Notes: generated by a model from the sequence alone, not told the origin. DNA of 61,772 bases, filler included, from an uncultured Clostridia bacterium (GCA_964441745.1; 3 parts of 3 records of this genome joined end to end with filler, not necessarily neighbours in it); one strand, 5' to 3'; numbered from the whole stretch's first letter, positions 22,020 to 31,625 are shown. Made by a program: numbers and translations.

Positions 22020-23306
22020 ATGCTCTTTACTGTCCCTATCGCAAAAAAACCGGGCAGACATAATAGTGCTGTTAGAGAATTAGTTGGCATATGCGGGAAG
22101 ACAAATATCAAACTATGTATTACTCAAATTACTATTGATGAAATTGATGCGGTCGTATACGGTATTGAAAATAATGCATTGCGTAACTTTGATAAAATAC
22201 CCGCTGAGTTATCGAAAAAGGTAGGGAACGACTTCTATGAATCTTATTTAGAAGGAAAAAAGAAAAACCTGGGATATTGTGCTGCAGATTTATTTAAACC
22301 ATTTCACGACCTAAAGGATACATTGTCAGTTGAGAATATAGATGTTTGTGACTTTGATTATTACGATGATTTAATGAAGGAAGCTGATAAGGCCAATTAT
22401 AAAAAAGTATTTAACAGCAAGTCGCTTGAGATAAGAAAAAAGGCAAAGGGGCCAGATTCCCTACGGCATGATATATTCCATTATCTTTTAGTAATGAAAA
22501 AAAGAAAAGATGATAATTCTAAAAACTGGTTCTTAACGTTAGATGCGTCGTTGCCTTATGTCGCTACTGAATTGCAAGAAGGTGAAGAACCGCCATTTTG
22601 TATATCATTAGACATACTCATTCAAAGTTTTTCAGCATATATTTCCGATGATAGGGATATTGCCGAATTTTCAGAGGTATTTTCAAGGCAAATATCAAAT
22701 CAATTATTTCCTAGCACAAAATTATTTGATATTCGGGATTTTGTGTTGTTTAATGATATCGGGATAGAGATAGATGCATTGCCGGAAAAGGATGTGGAAG
22801 AGGCTTTGTATCATTTGAAAAAATATGTACTTAAAGGAAGGGTATATACAAGTAATGATTTAGAAAAAGTTACTTATGAGTTAAGAAAACTATTCAGAAA
22901 AAGCGGGGAAAAGGATGAGAAAATAAGGCAACTTATAGATGAGAAACAGGTATTAAATGAAAAACATAAAGAGGAGCTTAAGATTAAGGATAGAGAAAAA
23001 GAAATTGCATTAGAAGAAATAAAAAAAGCGAAGGAAAAAGAGGATTTTGAAAGGAAAAAGAATAATGAAGATGAAAGACAAAGGAGAAGAAAGTATATTG
23101 TATGGCATATAATATTCACAGTTTACTGTTTGATATTTGCCAGTGCCTTATATTATATGACAGTATTAGCAGATAAATATTCGGAGGGGAATAATATATT
23201 AATAAAAATGGAAAACTTCTGGGTGTTTTATACTTTATGGGGGATAGTAGTATTATTTATATATGATGTATTATGGAAGAAGTTTGGTCTAGAAGGAGAA
23301 AAGTAG
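22020..23306 (+). CDS. AT-rich hypothetical protein, possibly PIN-like domain plus coiled coil and 2 C-terminal TM helices; probably N-terminally truncated
   Basis: Visibly more AT-rich than neighbours; ITQITIDE, HD..H and WFLTLD motifs; K/E-rich coil; two hydrophobic segments; no RBS. Confidence 0.55.
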   Translation: MLFTVPIAKKPGRHNSAVRELVGICGKTNIKLCITQITIDEIDAVVYGIENNALRNFDKIPAELSKKVGNDFYESYLEGKKKNLGYCAADLFKPFHDLKDTLSVENIDVCDFDYYDDLMKEADKANYKKVFNSKSLEIRKKAKGPDSLRHDIFHYLLVMKKRKDDNSKNWFLTLDASLPYVATELQEGEEPPFCISLDILIQSFSAYISDDRDIAEFSEVFSRQISNQLFPSTKLFDIRDFVLFNDIGIEIDALPEKDVEEALYHLKKYVLKGRVYTSNDLEKVTYELRKLFRKSGEKDEKIRQLIDEKQVLNEKHKEELKIKDREKEIALEEIKKAKEKEDFERKKNNEDERQRRRKYIVWHIIFTVYCLIFASALYYMTVLADKYSEGNNILIKMENFWVFYTLWGIVVLFIYDVLWKKFGLEGEK

Positions 23307-23315
23307 TCTATACCC

Positions 23316-26300
23316 ATGACCTTTACAGGCGTAAAAATTGTAGAAGCGTCGGCGGGGTCGGGGAAGACGTATGCCCTGTCCAGGGCCTATCTCGGCCTGC
23401 TGCTGGCTGATCCTACTGAGAATACCCTCAAATCCCTCCTGGCGATCACTTTCACCAACAAAGCCACCTACGAGATGAAGGAACGTATCCTGGAGCTGTT
23501 GAAAAGGACCGCTCTGGATGAGTTCGTTAAGCCGGAGGATAAGAAAGATTTGCTCGCCTACCTGAAACTGCAACCCGCGCTGGCCAAAGACAAGAGCCTG
23601 CAAGCTCTTGATACCATCATTCTGAATTATAATTCCTTCCAGGTGAAGACCATAGACAGCTTCGTCAACCTGCTGCTGTCTGGCTGCGCCTACCGGCTCG
23701 GTTTGCCGGCTGATTTCCGCATAAAGAAGGATTTTGAATATTATTTAGAAGCGGCGCTGGACCTGATAATCGAGCGGGCAGGGCAGGACAGCCAGTTGCG
23801 GGAAATATTCGAGGACTTCCTGGTACAATATTTATACGCTGAAGATAATAAATCCTGGTCACCTCGGCTGGATATACTGAAATTAGCCAAAGACATGTTC
23901 ACCCAGAATACCAAGCACGGTATGGATTTCCGCTTACCTACCCTGGGGAAAGACCTGATCTCCAAAAAGAAGAAATTCTTAGAGCTGCTAAGAGAATTAA
24001 AAGGCAAGCTGCCTGCAGGCACACACAAGACCTTCCTGAAAAGCCTGGATAATTTCCTGCAAGACAACAAGGATGCATTTTCGCTTGATGGGATGTCCAC
24101 TTTCTTCTACAAAGATTGCCTGCCGCTGAACAAAGGCGTGACTTGCCCAGAAGCGACTCATAAGCTCTGGGACCAGATCAGGGCAATACTCGCGGATATC
24201 GCCATGGTGGAATCTTCACGCGGGTATGACCATTACCTATTGATCTATGACCAGATACGGAAGGCATTCCAGGCCATCTGCCGGAAGGAAAGCATACTCT
24301 TCTTGCCGGAGTTGAATGGCCAGGCAGTTAAAATATTCAATGAAGAAGACTTCTCAATACCAGAGCTGTATTACCGCCTGGCTGCCAGGTACCGGTATAT
24401 CCTGATAGATGAATTCCAGGATACCAGCTTGCTGCAGTGGTCCAACCTGTCACCTTTGGCAGAAGAAGCTTTGGCAGGAGGCGGTGGATTGTTCCTAGTG
24501 GGAGATGCCAAACAGGCCATTTACCGGTTCAGGGGCGGCGAAGCAGGATTGTTTACTGCTGTGCCGGAAAATCTCTCCCAGTTCGGTTTGACCACAGAGA
24601 AACTAGCTAGGAATTTCCGCAGCGGCAAGGAGATAGTCTCTTTTGTTAATGCAATTTTCCAGTCTGAGAACCTGCAGGCATTGGTGAATGGGTTCCTGGA
24701 TAAGAAGGATCATGCCCTGGTTGAGGATCAGGAGTGCGGGAAGTACTTGTCTCTCTATCATGACCTGGCGCAGAGCGCGGTAAAGGAGAAGGATGGGTAT
24801 GTGAGGGTGGATGTTGTCCCCCTAGATTCCGAGACGGAATCTAAACAGGGGGACTCGGATAGCGAAGATGCTCTTCAGGTGGCAATTCTGCAGCGGATTA
24901 ATGATCTCTTAGAACGGTTCCACCCTGGCGATGTCGCTATCCTCGCCAGGACGAATAAACAGGCGGAACTGATCACCGGCTGGCTGCTCGATGCTAAGAT
25001 GCCAGTGGAATCAGAAAAGACCCTGAATATATTGGAGCATAATTCAGTACGGGAAGTAGTGTCATTGCTGGAATTCCTGGCTGCGCCGCTGGATAACCTG
25101 GCTTTTGCCACTTTTATCAGCGGCGAAGCATTTACCCGTGTTTCCGGGATACCGGCCGCGGAGATCACTTCTTTCCTATTCAAGTTAGGCATTCGTGTCC
25201 GCAAGGGCGACAAGATATATTATTACCGGGAGTTCCAGAAAGAATACAAGCAGGTGTGGGACAAGCTGATCGAGGATATTTTCCGCAAGGCCGGGTTCCT
25301 GCCGCTGTATGAATTGATCGTGAGCATCGTGAGCAGGTTTGAGCTGTTGAAGGGTGGCCCGCCACTGGAGCGTCGGCGGGCTGCCTCGCCAAGAAACAGC
25401 GAGGCAGAGCAGGGGTTTTTGGTAAGGTTTTTGGAACTAGTTAAAGAACAGGAAGAAGAGTCGCTGGATATCCCCGGATTCCTGGAATATTTGAAAGAAG
25501 CGCGCGAAGAGGACCTGTACGTCAAAACGCGGGAGTCATATTCCATCCGGGTGCTGACCGTGCATAAGGCCAAGGGGTTGGAGTTCCCGGCAGTGATCGT
25601 GCCGTTCACCGGCATAGACCCGAAAGTGAACAATTTCCATATCCAGGAAGAGGACGAGGCGCTCTCGCCGCTGAATATCGCGGATAAATATTGGAAACTG
25701 AACCGCCAACTGGCGGAGATTCGGCGTAGTGAATATTTGAAGAGCATCCTGGATGAGATCAATACCTTGTATGTCTCGTTCACCAGACCGAAGGAAGAAT
25801 TGCATATATTCGTGAAGAAAGAATCTCCCATAGTATCTTTATTGCCGGGACTGCCTTATGAAAAGGGGACAAAGCGGGCAGGGAAATCAGAAATAAAAGC
25901 AGTCGCGCCGATAGTCTTGTCCGGCAGCCTGTTCGAGGCCTGGACTGATAAGCTTAAGGAAGAGCAGAAAACAGTTGATGCCGAACGGATGAAGAAGAGA
26001 AAAGAAGGGGATGTCTTGCATTACCTGCTGGCCGGGATAGGTAATACCAAGAAACAGAAGGTTAAAGCGATATTAAAAGACAGGAGAAAATCCCTGCCCC
26101 TGTCATTTTTCACAGACGCGGAGATCGATAGCCTGCAGGAGAAGGCGCTGGCTGTCGTAACTGATCCGGGGATGAAACAATTCTTTGATACAGACGCGGA
26201 AGTGATGACTGAAGTAAGTATCACAGCTGAGGGCGGCGTGGGCCGGAGGATCGACCGTCTGCTGGTGTTCCCGAAGGAAGTATGGGTAATTGATTTCAAG

Positions 26301-26432
26301 TCAGATAAAAATGAGAGAAACTACGAGCAGGTGAAGCAATATTGCCGCTCGGTTGAAACAATATACGGGAAAAAGACAATAGGGTTTATCGTATACATGA
26401 ATGAACCAGGATCGGAGGAAGTCAATGCCTAA
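23316..26432 (+). CDS. addA: UvrD-family helicase-nuclease AddA/RecB-like
   Basis: EASAGSGKT, AITFTNKA, IDEFQDTS, VGDAKQAIYRFRGG, TVHKAKGLEF, C-terminal RIDRL..IDFKS nuclease. Confidence 0.85.
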   Translation: MTFTGVKIVEASAGSGKTYALSRAYLGLLLADPTENTLKSLLAITFTNKATYEMKERILELLKRTALDEFVKPEDKKDLLAYLKLQPALAKDKSLQALDTIILNYNSFQVKTIDSFVNLLLSGCAYRLGLPADFRIKKDFEYYLEAALDLIIERAGQDSQLREIFEDFLVQYLYAEDNKSWSPRLDILKLAKDMFTQNTKHGMDFRLPTLGKDLISKKKKFLELLRELKGKLPAGTHKTFLKSLDNFLQDNKDAFSLDGMSTFFYKDCLPLNKGVTCPEATHKLWDQIRAILADIAMVESSRGYDHYLLIYDQIRKAFQAICRKESILFLPELNGQAVKIFNEEDFSIPELYYRLAARYRYILIDEFQDTSLLQWSNLSPLAEEALAGGGGLFLVGDAKQAIYRFRGGEAGLFTAVPENLSQFGLTTEKLARNFRSGKEIVSFVNAIFQSENLQALVNGFLDKKDHALVEDQECGKYLSLYHDLAQSAVKEKDGYVRVDVVPLDSETESKQGDSDSEDALQVAILQRINDLLERFHPGDVAILARTNKQAELITGWLLDAKMPVESEKTLNILEHNSVREVVSLLEFLAAPLDNLAFATFISGEAFTRVSGIPAAEITSFLFKLGIRVRKGDKIYYYREFQKEYKQVWDKLIEDIFRKAGFLPLYELIVSIVSRFELLKGGPPLERRRAASPRNSEAEQGFLVRFLELVKEQEEESLDIPGFLEYLKEAREEDLYVKTRESYSIRVLTVHKAKGLEFPAVIVPFTGIDPKVNNFHIQEEDEALSPLNIADKYWKLNRQLAEIRRSEYLKSILDEINTLYVSFTRPKEELHIFVKKESPIVSLLPGLPYEKGTKRAGKSEIKAVAPIVLSGSLFEAWTDKLKEEQKTVDAERMKKRKEGDVLHYLLAGIGNTKKQKVKAILKDRRKSLPLSFFTDAEIDSLQEKALAVVTDPGMKQFFDTDAEVMTEVSITAEGGVGRRIDRLLVFPKEVWVIDFKSDKNERNYEQVKQYCRSVETIYGKKTIGFIVYMNEPGSEEVNA

Positions 26433-29370
26433 AATTGAATTCCTCTCGTTCCGTGAAGATCCGATCAAGGCGACAGCCAAATACCTGCTGGAGCTGAAAG
26501 AAAAGGGCATACCTTTGGAGAAAGTGGCCCTGGTATTCGGCGGGCGCCGGCCGGGAATGTTCCTGAACCGGGAATTGTTTCGCCTGCATGGGAAACCGCT
26601 GCTTTCACCGGTATTCTTCACCATGGATGAGTTCGCCTCATATATCGCCTGCCGCACACAGCCCTGCTCGCAGATAGGCGACCTGGACGCGGAGTATTTC
26701 ATCTACCAGCTCTGCCGGGATAAATATCCGGGACTGTTGCGGGAGGACAAGTCTTTCGCCTCGTTCCTGCCCTGGGCCAGGGAGATAAGGGTCTTCATCG
26801 AACAACTGGACCTGCAGGATATACCGGAAGAGAAATTAAAAGCAGTGGAAGCCAGCGCGGCTATCGGCTATGCGGTGCCGGAAGCAGTGAACAGGCTGTT
26901 GGAGAATATCAGTAAGGTCAGGATTGATTTTGAGAAGTTTTGTTTCAAGGAAAGGAAACTGACCCGCGGGCTGATGTACCGGGAGGCAGCACGGTCGGCT
27001 ATCCCCCCTAGATTTCCAAGGAAATCTGAGCAGGGGGGACTCGGCTCTCAAAAGGAGCCTCGGAAATCTGAGCAGGGGGGACTCGGCTCTCAAAAGGAGC
27101 CTCGGGGGGATTCGAATTTGGGAGGGGTTCTTGAAGATTTTGCCCATTTCGTATTTTCAGGATTCTTCTATTTTCATGAAACTGAACTGGCGATAGTGAA
27201 GACGATATTAGATTCAGGCAAAGCCAAGATGATTTTTCAGGGTGATCCGGAAGAATGGACGGTGCTAAAGGGGAATGCGAAGGCGCTGGGCATCCCCCCA
27301 GATTCCTGGAGGAATCTAAGCGGGGGGATTGACCACAATAAAGTTTCGTTGAAACTTTATTGCGGTCAAGATTCGCATGCGGAAGCGGCGCTGGTCAGGC
27401 AAGTGCTGGAGAAAGTGGAAGACCCGGAGAATACTTTGCTGGTAGTGCCTGACCCGGCCAAACTACCAGTGCTATTATCCGCTGTGTCGCCGCTGCCAGC
27501 TGAATTTAATATTTCCCTCGGCTATCCTTTGCGGAGAACCATTGTCTTCCCGTTGTTTGACGGTATTTTCCGGGCGCAAGAATCCATTAGAAGTATCACT
27601 TCTAACGGATCAAGAGTGTACTATACTCGTGATTATTTACGCATCATGACCAATCCGGTAATTAAGAACCTGTCCTTGAATACTGGCAGCACGGCAGTCA
27701 GGATAACCATCCATAAAATAGCAGAAGCATTGCTAGGCACAGTTGCCAGCCCGGTAGCAGGCAAATTATTCATCTCCCTGGATGAGATCATTAATGACCA
27801 GGATATATTTGCTCAGGCAGAGGGGCTTTCTGAAGTGCCGCAGGACAAACTGCGGGAAGAAATAAAGATCCTGCATAAGATGCTATTCACTGATTGGCAG
27901 GATATCAATACTTTAGCATCGCTAGCGGCGAAAGCCGGCGAGCTGGTGATGGCAGTCAGCCAATACAGCCAGTTTTCATCTTATCCTTTTAATGTGAAAG
28001 CTATTGAAGAGACCTTGAGTATGGCAGAGACAGTATCATCGGCTGCCTGCAGCAAAGAGGTGTTTGACCAGGCGGATCTTTTTCGAATATTCCGGCTGTT
28101 CCTGGAATCAGCTAAAATGTCTTTCTCTGGATCGCCGCTGAAAGGCTTGCAGATACTGGGGTTGCTGGAGACCAGGTCTTTGTCATTCAAAGAAGTGCTG
28201 GTCATGGACCTGAATGAAGGGACTGTGCCGCAGATACGGCAGTTGGAGCCGCTGATACCCAGGGAAATAATGCTGAGCCTGGGAATTAACCGGCTGGAAA
28301 AGGAAGAGGAGATACAGCGGTACCTGTTCCGCCGGGTAATCGGCGGGGCAGAGAAGGTGCATTTATTCTACCAGGAAGCGGGGCAGAATGAGCGCAGTCG
28401 GTTCCTGGAGCAGATATTGTGGGAAAAGCAGAAAGAAGAAAAGAAGCTGGACGTGTTTATCCCGCAAAGAGGCGTGTTCAGGGTAGAGCCGGCATTGAAA
28501 GAAGAAAAGACAGAGAAAACAGCGGAGATGGCTGATTTCCTGAAGCAATTTACTTATTCGCCCAGCAGTATGGATACATACCTGGATTGTCCGCGGCAAT
28601 TTTATTTCCGCTATGTGCTGAATTTACAGCCAAAGATCGACCTGCTGGCCACTCCCGAGCCCAGGGAGATCGGGACGTTCGTGCATGAACTGCTGCATCA
28701 GACTTTCGCGGAGTTCATTAATAAAAAGCCGGTGATAGATGCGGGATTTGAGGCCAAGTTCTTTAGGGCATTCAAGAAGAAATTCGAAGAAGATTTCCAT
28801 CCGCGGCTGGGTGATGGCGCGTTTTTATTAGAGTCTGTGCTGAAGCACCGGCTCGAGCAATTCCTGCGGAATGAAAGGGAGAGAAATATAGCCAAGCTTA
28901 TTGTCTTGGAGCAGAAGTATTACTACAAGATAGGGGACTTTAAGTTAGTAGCCAAAGTGGACCGGGTGGATGAGCTGGATGACGGGACCTTGCTGGTGGT
29001 AGATTACAAGACCGGAGGCAAGATCGAAATGCCGGGGAGACTGCAGAAATTGCAGGAGATGCCGGCTCAAGAGAGGCAGGCAATGAAAAAAGCAATCAAA
29101 TCTTTCCAGCTGCCCATATATATCAGTATTTTCCTGGATAAATATCCGGGGAAGGAAGTGAATGCCTGCCTGTATAACTTGCGGGAAACAAAGTTGAGCA
29201 TGTGCTTCAAGAAGCAGGCCCTGGCAGAAAGGACCGAGTCTCTTTCCCTGATCATGGCTGCGGCGCAAAACCTGATTAAGGAAATAATTGATCCGGCTGT
29301 GCCGTTCGCGGCAGACTTCTCTGATGCCTGGCAATGCGAGAACTGCGCGTTCAAGAGCTTATGCAGATAA
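26425..29370 (+). CDS. addB: AddB-like PD-(D/E)xK nuclease with 4-Cys Fe-S staple
   Basis: GLQILGLLETR, YSPSSMDTYLDCP, KVDRVD..VDYKTG, QLPIY, CENCAFKSLC; ATG 26425 behind GGAGGA overlaps the addA stop. Confidence 0.82.
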   Translation: MPKIEFLSFREDPIKATAKYLLELKEKGIPLEKVALVFGGRRPGMFLNRELFRLHGKPLLSPVFFTMDEFASYIACRTQPCSQIGDLDAEYFIYQLCRDKYPGLLREDKSFASFLPWAREIRVFIEQLDLQDIPEEKLKAVEASAAIGYAVPEAVNRLLENISKVRIDFEKFCFKERKLTRGLMYREAARSAIPPRFPRKSEQGGLGSQKEPRKSEQGGLGSQKEPRGDSNLGGVLEDFAHFVFSGFFYFHETELAIVKTILDSGKAKMIFQGDPEEWTVLKGNAKALGIPPDSWRNLSGGIDHNKVSLKLYCGQDSHAEAALVRQVLEKVEDPENTLLVVPDPAKLPVLLSAVSPLPAEFNISLGYPLRRTIVFPLFDGIFRAQESIRSITSNGSRVYYTRDYLRIMTNPVIKNLSLNTGSTAVRITIHKIAEALLGTVASPVAGKLFISLDEIINDQDIFAQAEGLSEVPQDKLREEIKILHKMLFTDWQDINTLASLAAKAGELVMAVSQYSQFSSYPFNVKAIEETLSMAETVSSAACSKEVFDQADLFRIFRLFLESAKMSFSGSPLKGLQILGLLETRSLSFKEVLVMDLNEGTVPQIRQLEPLIPREIMLSLGINRLEKEEEIQRYLFRRVIGGAEKVHLFYQEAGQNERSRFLEQILWEKQKEEKKLDVFIPQRGVFRVEPALKEEKTEKTAEMADFLKQFTYSPSSMDTYLDCPRQFYFRYVLNLQPKIDLLATPEPREIGTFVHELLHQTFAEFINKKPVIDAGFEAKFFRAFKKKFEEDFHPRLGDGAFLLESVLKHRLEQFLRNERERNIAKLIVLEQKYYYKIGDFKLVAKVDRVDELDDGTLLVVDYKTGGKIEMPGRLQKLQEMPAQERQAMKKAIKSFQLPIYISIFLDKYPGKEVNACLYNLRETKLSMCFKKQALAERTESLSLIMAAAQNLIKEIIDPAVPFAADFSDAWQCENCAFKSLCR
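27020..27103 (+). repeat. Exact 42-bp tandem duplication inside addB (RKSEQGGLGSQKEP x2)
   Basis: 27020-27061 is identical to 27062-27103. Confidence 0.95.
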
Positions 29371-29439
29371 AAGCGGATGGCGGATGGCAGAAAGAACAGA
29401 GTAGCGGGCAAAAGATAAGAAATTTCCTCAAAATCCCTC

Positions 29440-29468
29440 TTGGAAAGAACCCTTAAAAGTGATAGAAT
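29440..29468 (+). promoter_or_regulatory. Putative sigma70 promoter TTGGAA-17-TAGAAT (extended -10)
   Basis: Motif match upstream of the OsmC gene. Confidence 0.5.
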
Positions 29469-29491
29469 TATTAAAAGAAAGTGAGGTCAGT

Positions 29492-29872
29492 ATGTACCAG
29501 GCAGAAGTGTTTTGCGCTAAAGATATGACTTTCCAGGTGAAGTCCAAAGGTTATGAGATCACGATAGACGGCAAGAGCGGGGCCATTAGTCCGCTGGATA
29601 CGCTGTTGGCTGCTTTAGGCGCCTGTGCCGGCGTGTATATCCGTAAGTTCGCGGAAAGCACAAAGCTGGGGCTGGAGAATTTCATCGTCAGGGTAGAAGC
29701 AGAGCTGACAGATAAAGCCCCGTACCAGTTCAACGAAATAAAAATAGATATAGACTTGCAGGGACTGTTCCTGGATGAAGGCAAAAGAGAATCATTATTG
29801 CGGTTTGTCAAGAATTGTCCCGTGCATCAGACCCTGAAAGCCAGCCCTGAAATGCTGATTAGCATAAAGTAA
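29492..29872 (+). CDS. OsmC/Ohr family protein
   Basis: SPLDTLLAALGAC and NCPVHQTL Cys pair; ATG 29492 behind GAGGT. Confidence 0.85.
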   Translation: MYQAEVFCAKDMTFQVKSKGYEITIDGKSGAISPLDTLLAALGACAGVYIRKFAESTKLGLENFIVRVEAELTDKAPYQFNEIKIDIDLQGLFLDEGKRESLLRFVKNCPVHQTLKASPEMLISIK

Positions 29873-29894
29873 GTAAAAAAAAGGAGATAAGACT

Positions 29895-30467
29895 ATGAGA
29901 AAAGCATTAGTTGTTTTAGCAGTAGTAATGTTCTTGTTTGTGGTAGCGAATGTAGCAGTAGCAGCTCCGGCGCCAGTGGAAAAGAAGAGCGTAGTAGTCA
30001 CTACAGCCAGCAATGATATGACCGGCAAATTGGGTATCGGCACCAATGGCAATGGTATCGGCGCACGGTATTGGCTGAATGACGATATGGCCCTGGATGG
30101 TAATCTTTCCTTCTCTTTCGGGGAAGATGAAACCGAGTTCGGGATTGGCGGCGGAATAGCGTACGTATTAAAGAAAATGACTTACGTACGTTTGTTGGCT
30201 TTAGCCGGTTTACAGCTTGATTTCGACAATTTCGAGAGCGGCAATTTCGAGAGAGATGTGACCACCTTTAATATCGGTGGCGGACTGGGAGTTGACTTCC
30301 GGTTCCAGGAGATGCCTAACCTGAGCTTTGAAGCGTATGTGAGCCGACTGGGCATTGATATTACTAGCACGGATATCAGCAATGATGGCCATGACACTTC
30401 TGACTCTACTACGACTTTTGCCACCCAGCCGGGTGTTGGATTTGTAGTCAGGTATTATTTTAAGTAG
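29895..30467 (+). CDS. Small outer-membrane beta-barrel protein
   Basis: Signal peptide, alternating beta strands, C-terminal GFVVRYYF. Confidence 0.7.
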   Translation: MRKALVVLAVVMFLFVVANVAVAAPAPVEKKSVVVTTASNDMTGKLGIGTNGNGIGARYWLNDDMALDGNLSFSFGEDETEFGIGGGIAYVLKKMTYVRLLALAGLQLDFDNFESGNFERDVTTFNIGGGLGVDFRFQEMPNLSFEAYVSRLGIDITSTDISNDGHDTSDSTTTFATQPGVGFVVRYYFK

Positions 30468-30520
30468 AAACGATTACACCGATTACGAAAAGCGATTACA
30501 CAGATTAAAACGGAGTCAAG

Positions 30521-31483
30521 ATGTCAGTAACAAAAGCTAAAAAAGAATTTATGTACTGGGCGCATTTGTTGTATGAGCGGGGATTAGTAGTCGGCAAATC
30601 AGGCAATCTATCCGCCAGGATCGATCAACAAAAGGCGCTCTTGACCGTGACTAACTGTTATCTGGGCATGCTGACCGCATCCCAGATAGCAGTTGTTGGT
30701 CATGATGGCAGGATCATTTCCGGGAACAAAGCCTGTAAGCTAACCAGTGAGAAGGACCTGCATCTGGGAATATTGAATAATTTCCCGGCCGCAAAGGTGG
30801 TGATCCATGCCCATCCGGTCCATACCCTGGCTTTTTTTCACTATTTCCCGCGCTTGGCTGTTTTTTCATTCGAGACCAGGTTCAACCTGGGTAAAGTCCC
30901 GGTGGCGCCGCAAAGCACGCCGACAGTGACTAATATAAAACCAGTATTGCGGGCGTTGGAAAGCAATAATATCGTGGTGTTAAGGAATCATGGCGTGGTA
31001 GCTATGGGGGATAATTTTGCCGCTGTTTTCGCTCTGATCGAATTACTGGAGGAACAGGCAAAAATTAACCTGGTGTTGCAGAAGAAAAGTATTCCCGCCA
31101 GGTTTTTACCGGATAAAGCGAAGTCAGCCAGGAAATTAAAATTATTTTCTGATGAACATCTTACGAAATTAAAGCAGGTGTTGGATAAAGACGCACAGTT
31201 GAAAGGGTTGGTAAAGAAATACCAGTTTAAAACCGCGCTGTCGATCAGGAATGAAACAACCAGGGAAGAAGCATGTTTTAGTTTCCTGGCTGGTGAAACC
31301 AAGGACCTAGTGATCAGTGGCGGTGGAAAAGAGCTACTGCGGCTGTTTAACGGGGAAATGGATCCATTTGCCGCTTACGCGCAGAAAAAGATCAGTTTTA
31401 GCGGAGAATTCCTGAAAATCAGCCGGTGGTACCCGGTTTTAGCCAGGATTTTTGAGTTGTGGCAGGGAAGACCGGTAAAGTAG
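30521..31483 (+). CDS. Class II aldolase/adducin domain fused to SCP2-like C-terminal domain
   Basis: SGNLSAR, TSEKDLH, VIHAHP, VVLRNHGVVAMG; C-terminal LFNGEMDPFAAYAQKKISFSG. Confidence 0.75.
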   Translation: MSVTKAKKEFMYWAHLLYERGLVVGKSGNLSARIDQQKALLTVTNCYLGMLTASQIAVVGHDGRIISGNKACKLTSEKDLHLGILNNFPAAKVVIHAHPVHTLAFFHYFPRLAVFSFETRFNLGKVPVAPQSTPTVTNIKPVLRALESNNIVVLRNHGVVAMGDNFAAVFALIELLEEQAKINLVLQKKSIPARFLPDKAKSARKLKLFSDEHLTKLKQVLDKDAQLKGLVKKYQFKTALSIRNETTREEACFSFLAGETKDLVISGGGKELLRLFNGEMDPFAAYAQKKISFSGEFLKISRWYPVLARIFELWQGRPVK

Positions 31484-31505
31484 TTGGCACATATTAAGAA
31501 AATAC

Positions 31506-31625
31506 GGTGATCAGGAAATCAGGTCATCAGGAGGAAGAATATCAGGATATCAGGGTACCAGGTACTTACCTGATCTCCTGTTAACCTGATACCCACTTCC
31601 TGACACTCTGATAATCTGGTACCCG
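31506..31625. repeat. Palindromic element, ATCAGG/CCTGAT family
   Basis: About six ATCAGG-like units followed by about five CCTGAT-like units. Confidence 0.8.

Noticed and set aside
27020-27103. CRISPR-like repeat
   Set aside because: Only two adjacent copies with no spacer, in frame within a CDS, and no cas genes nearby.
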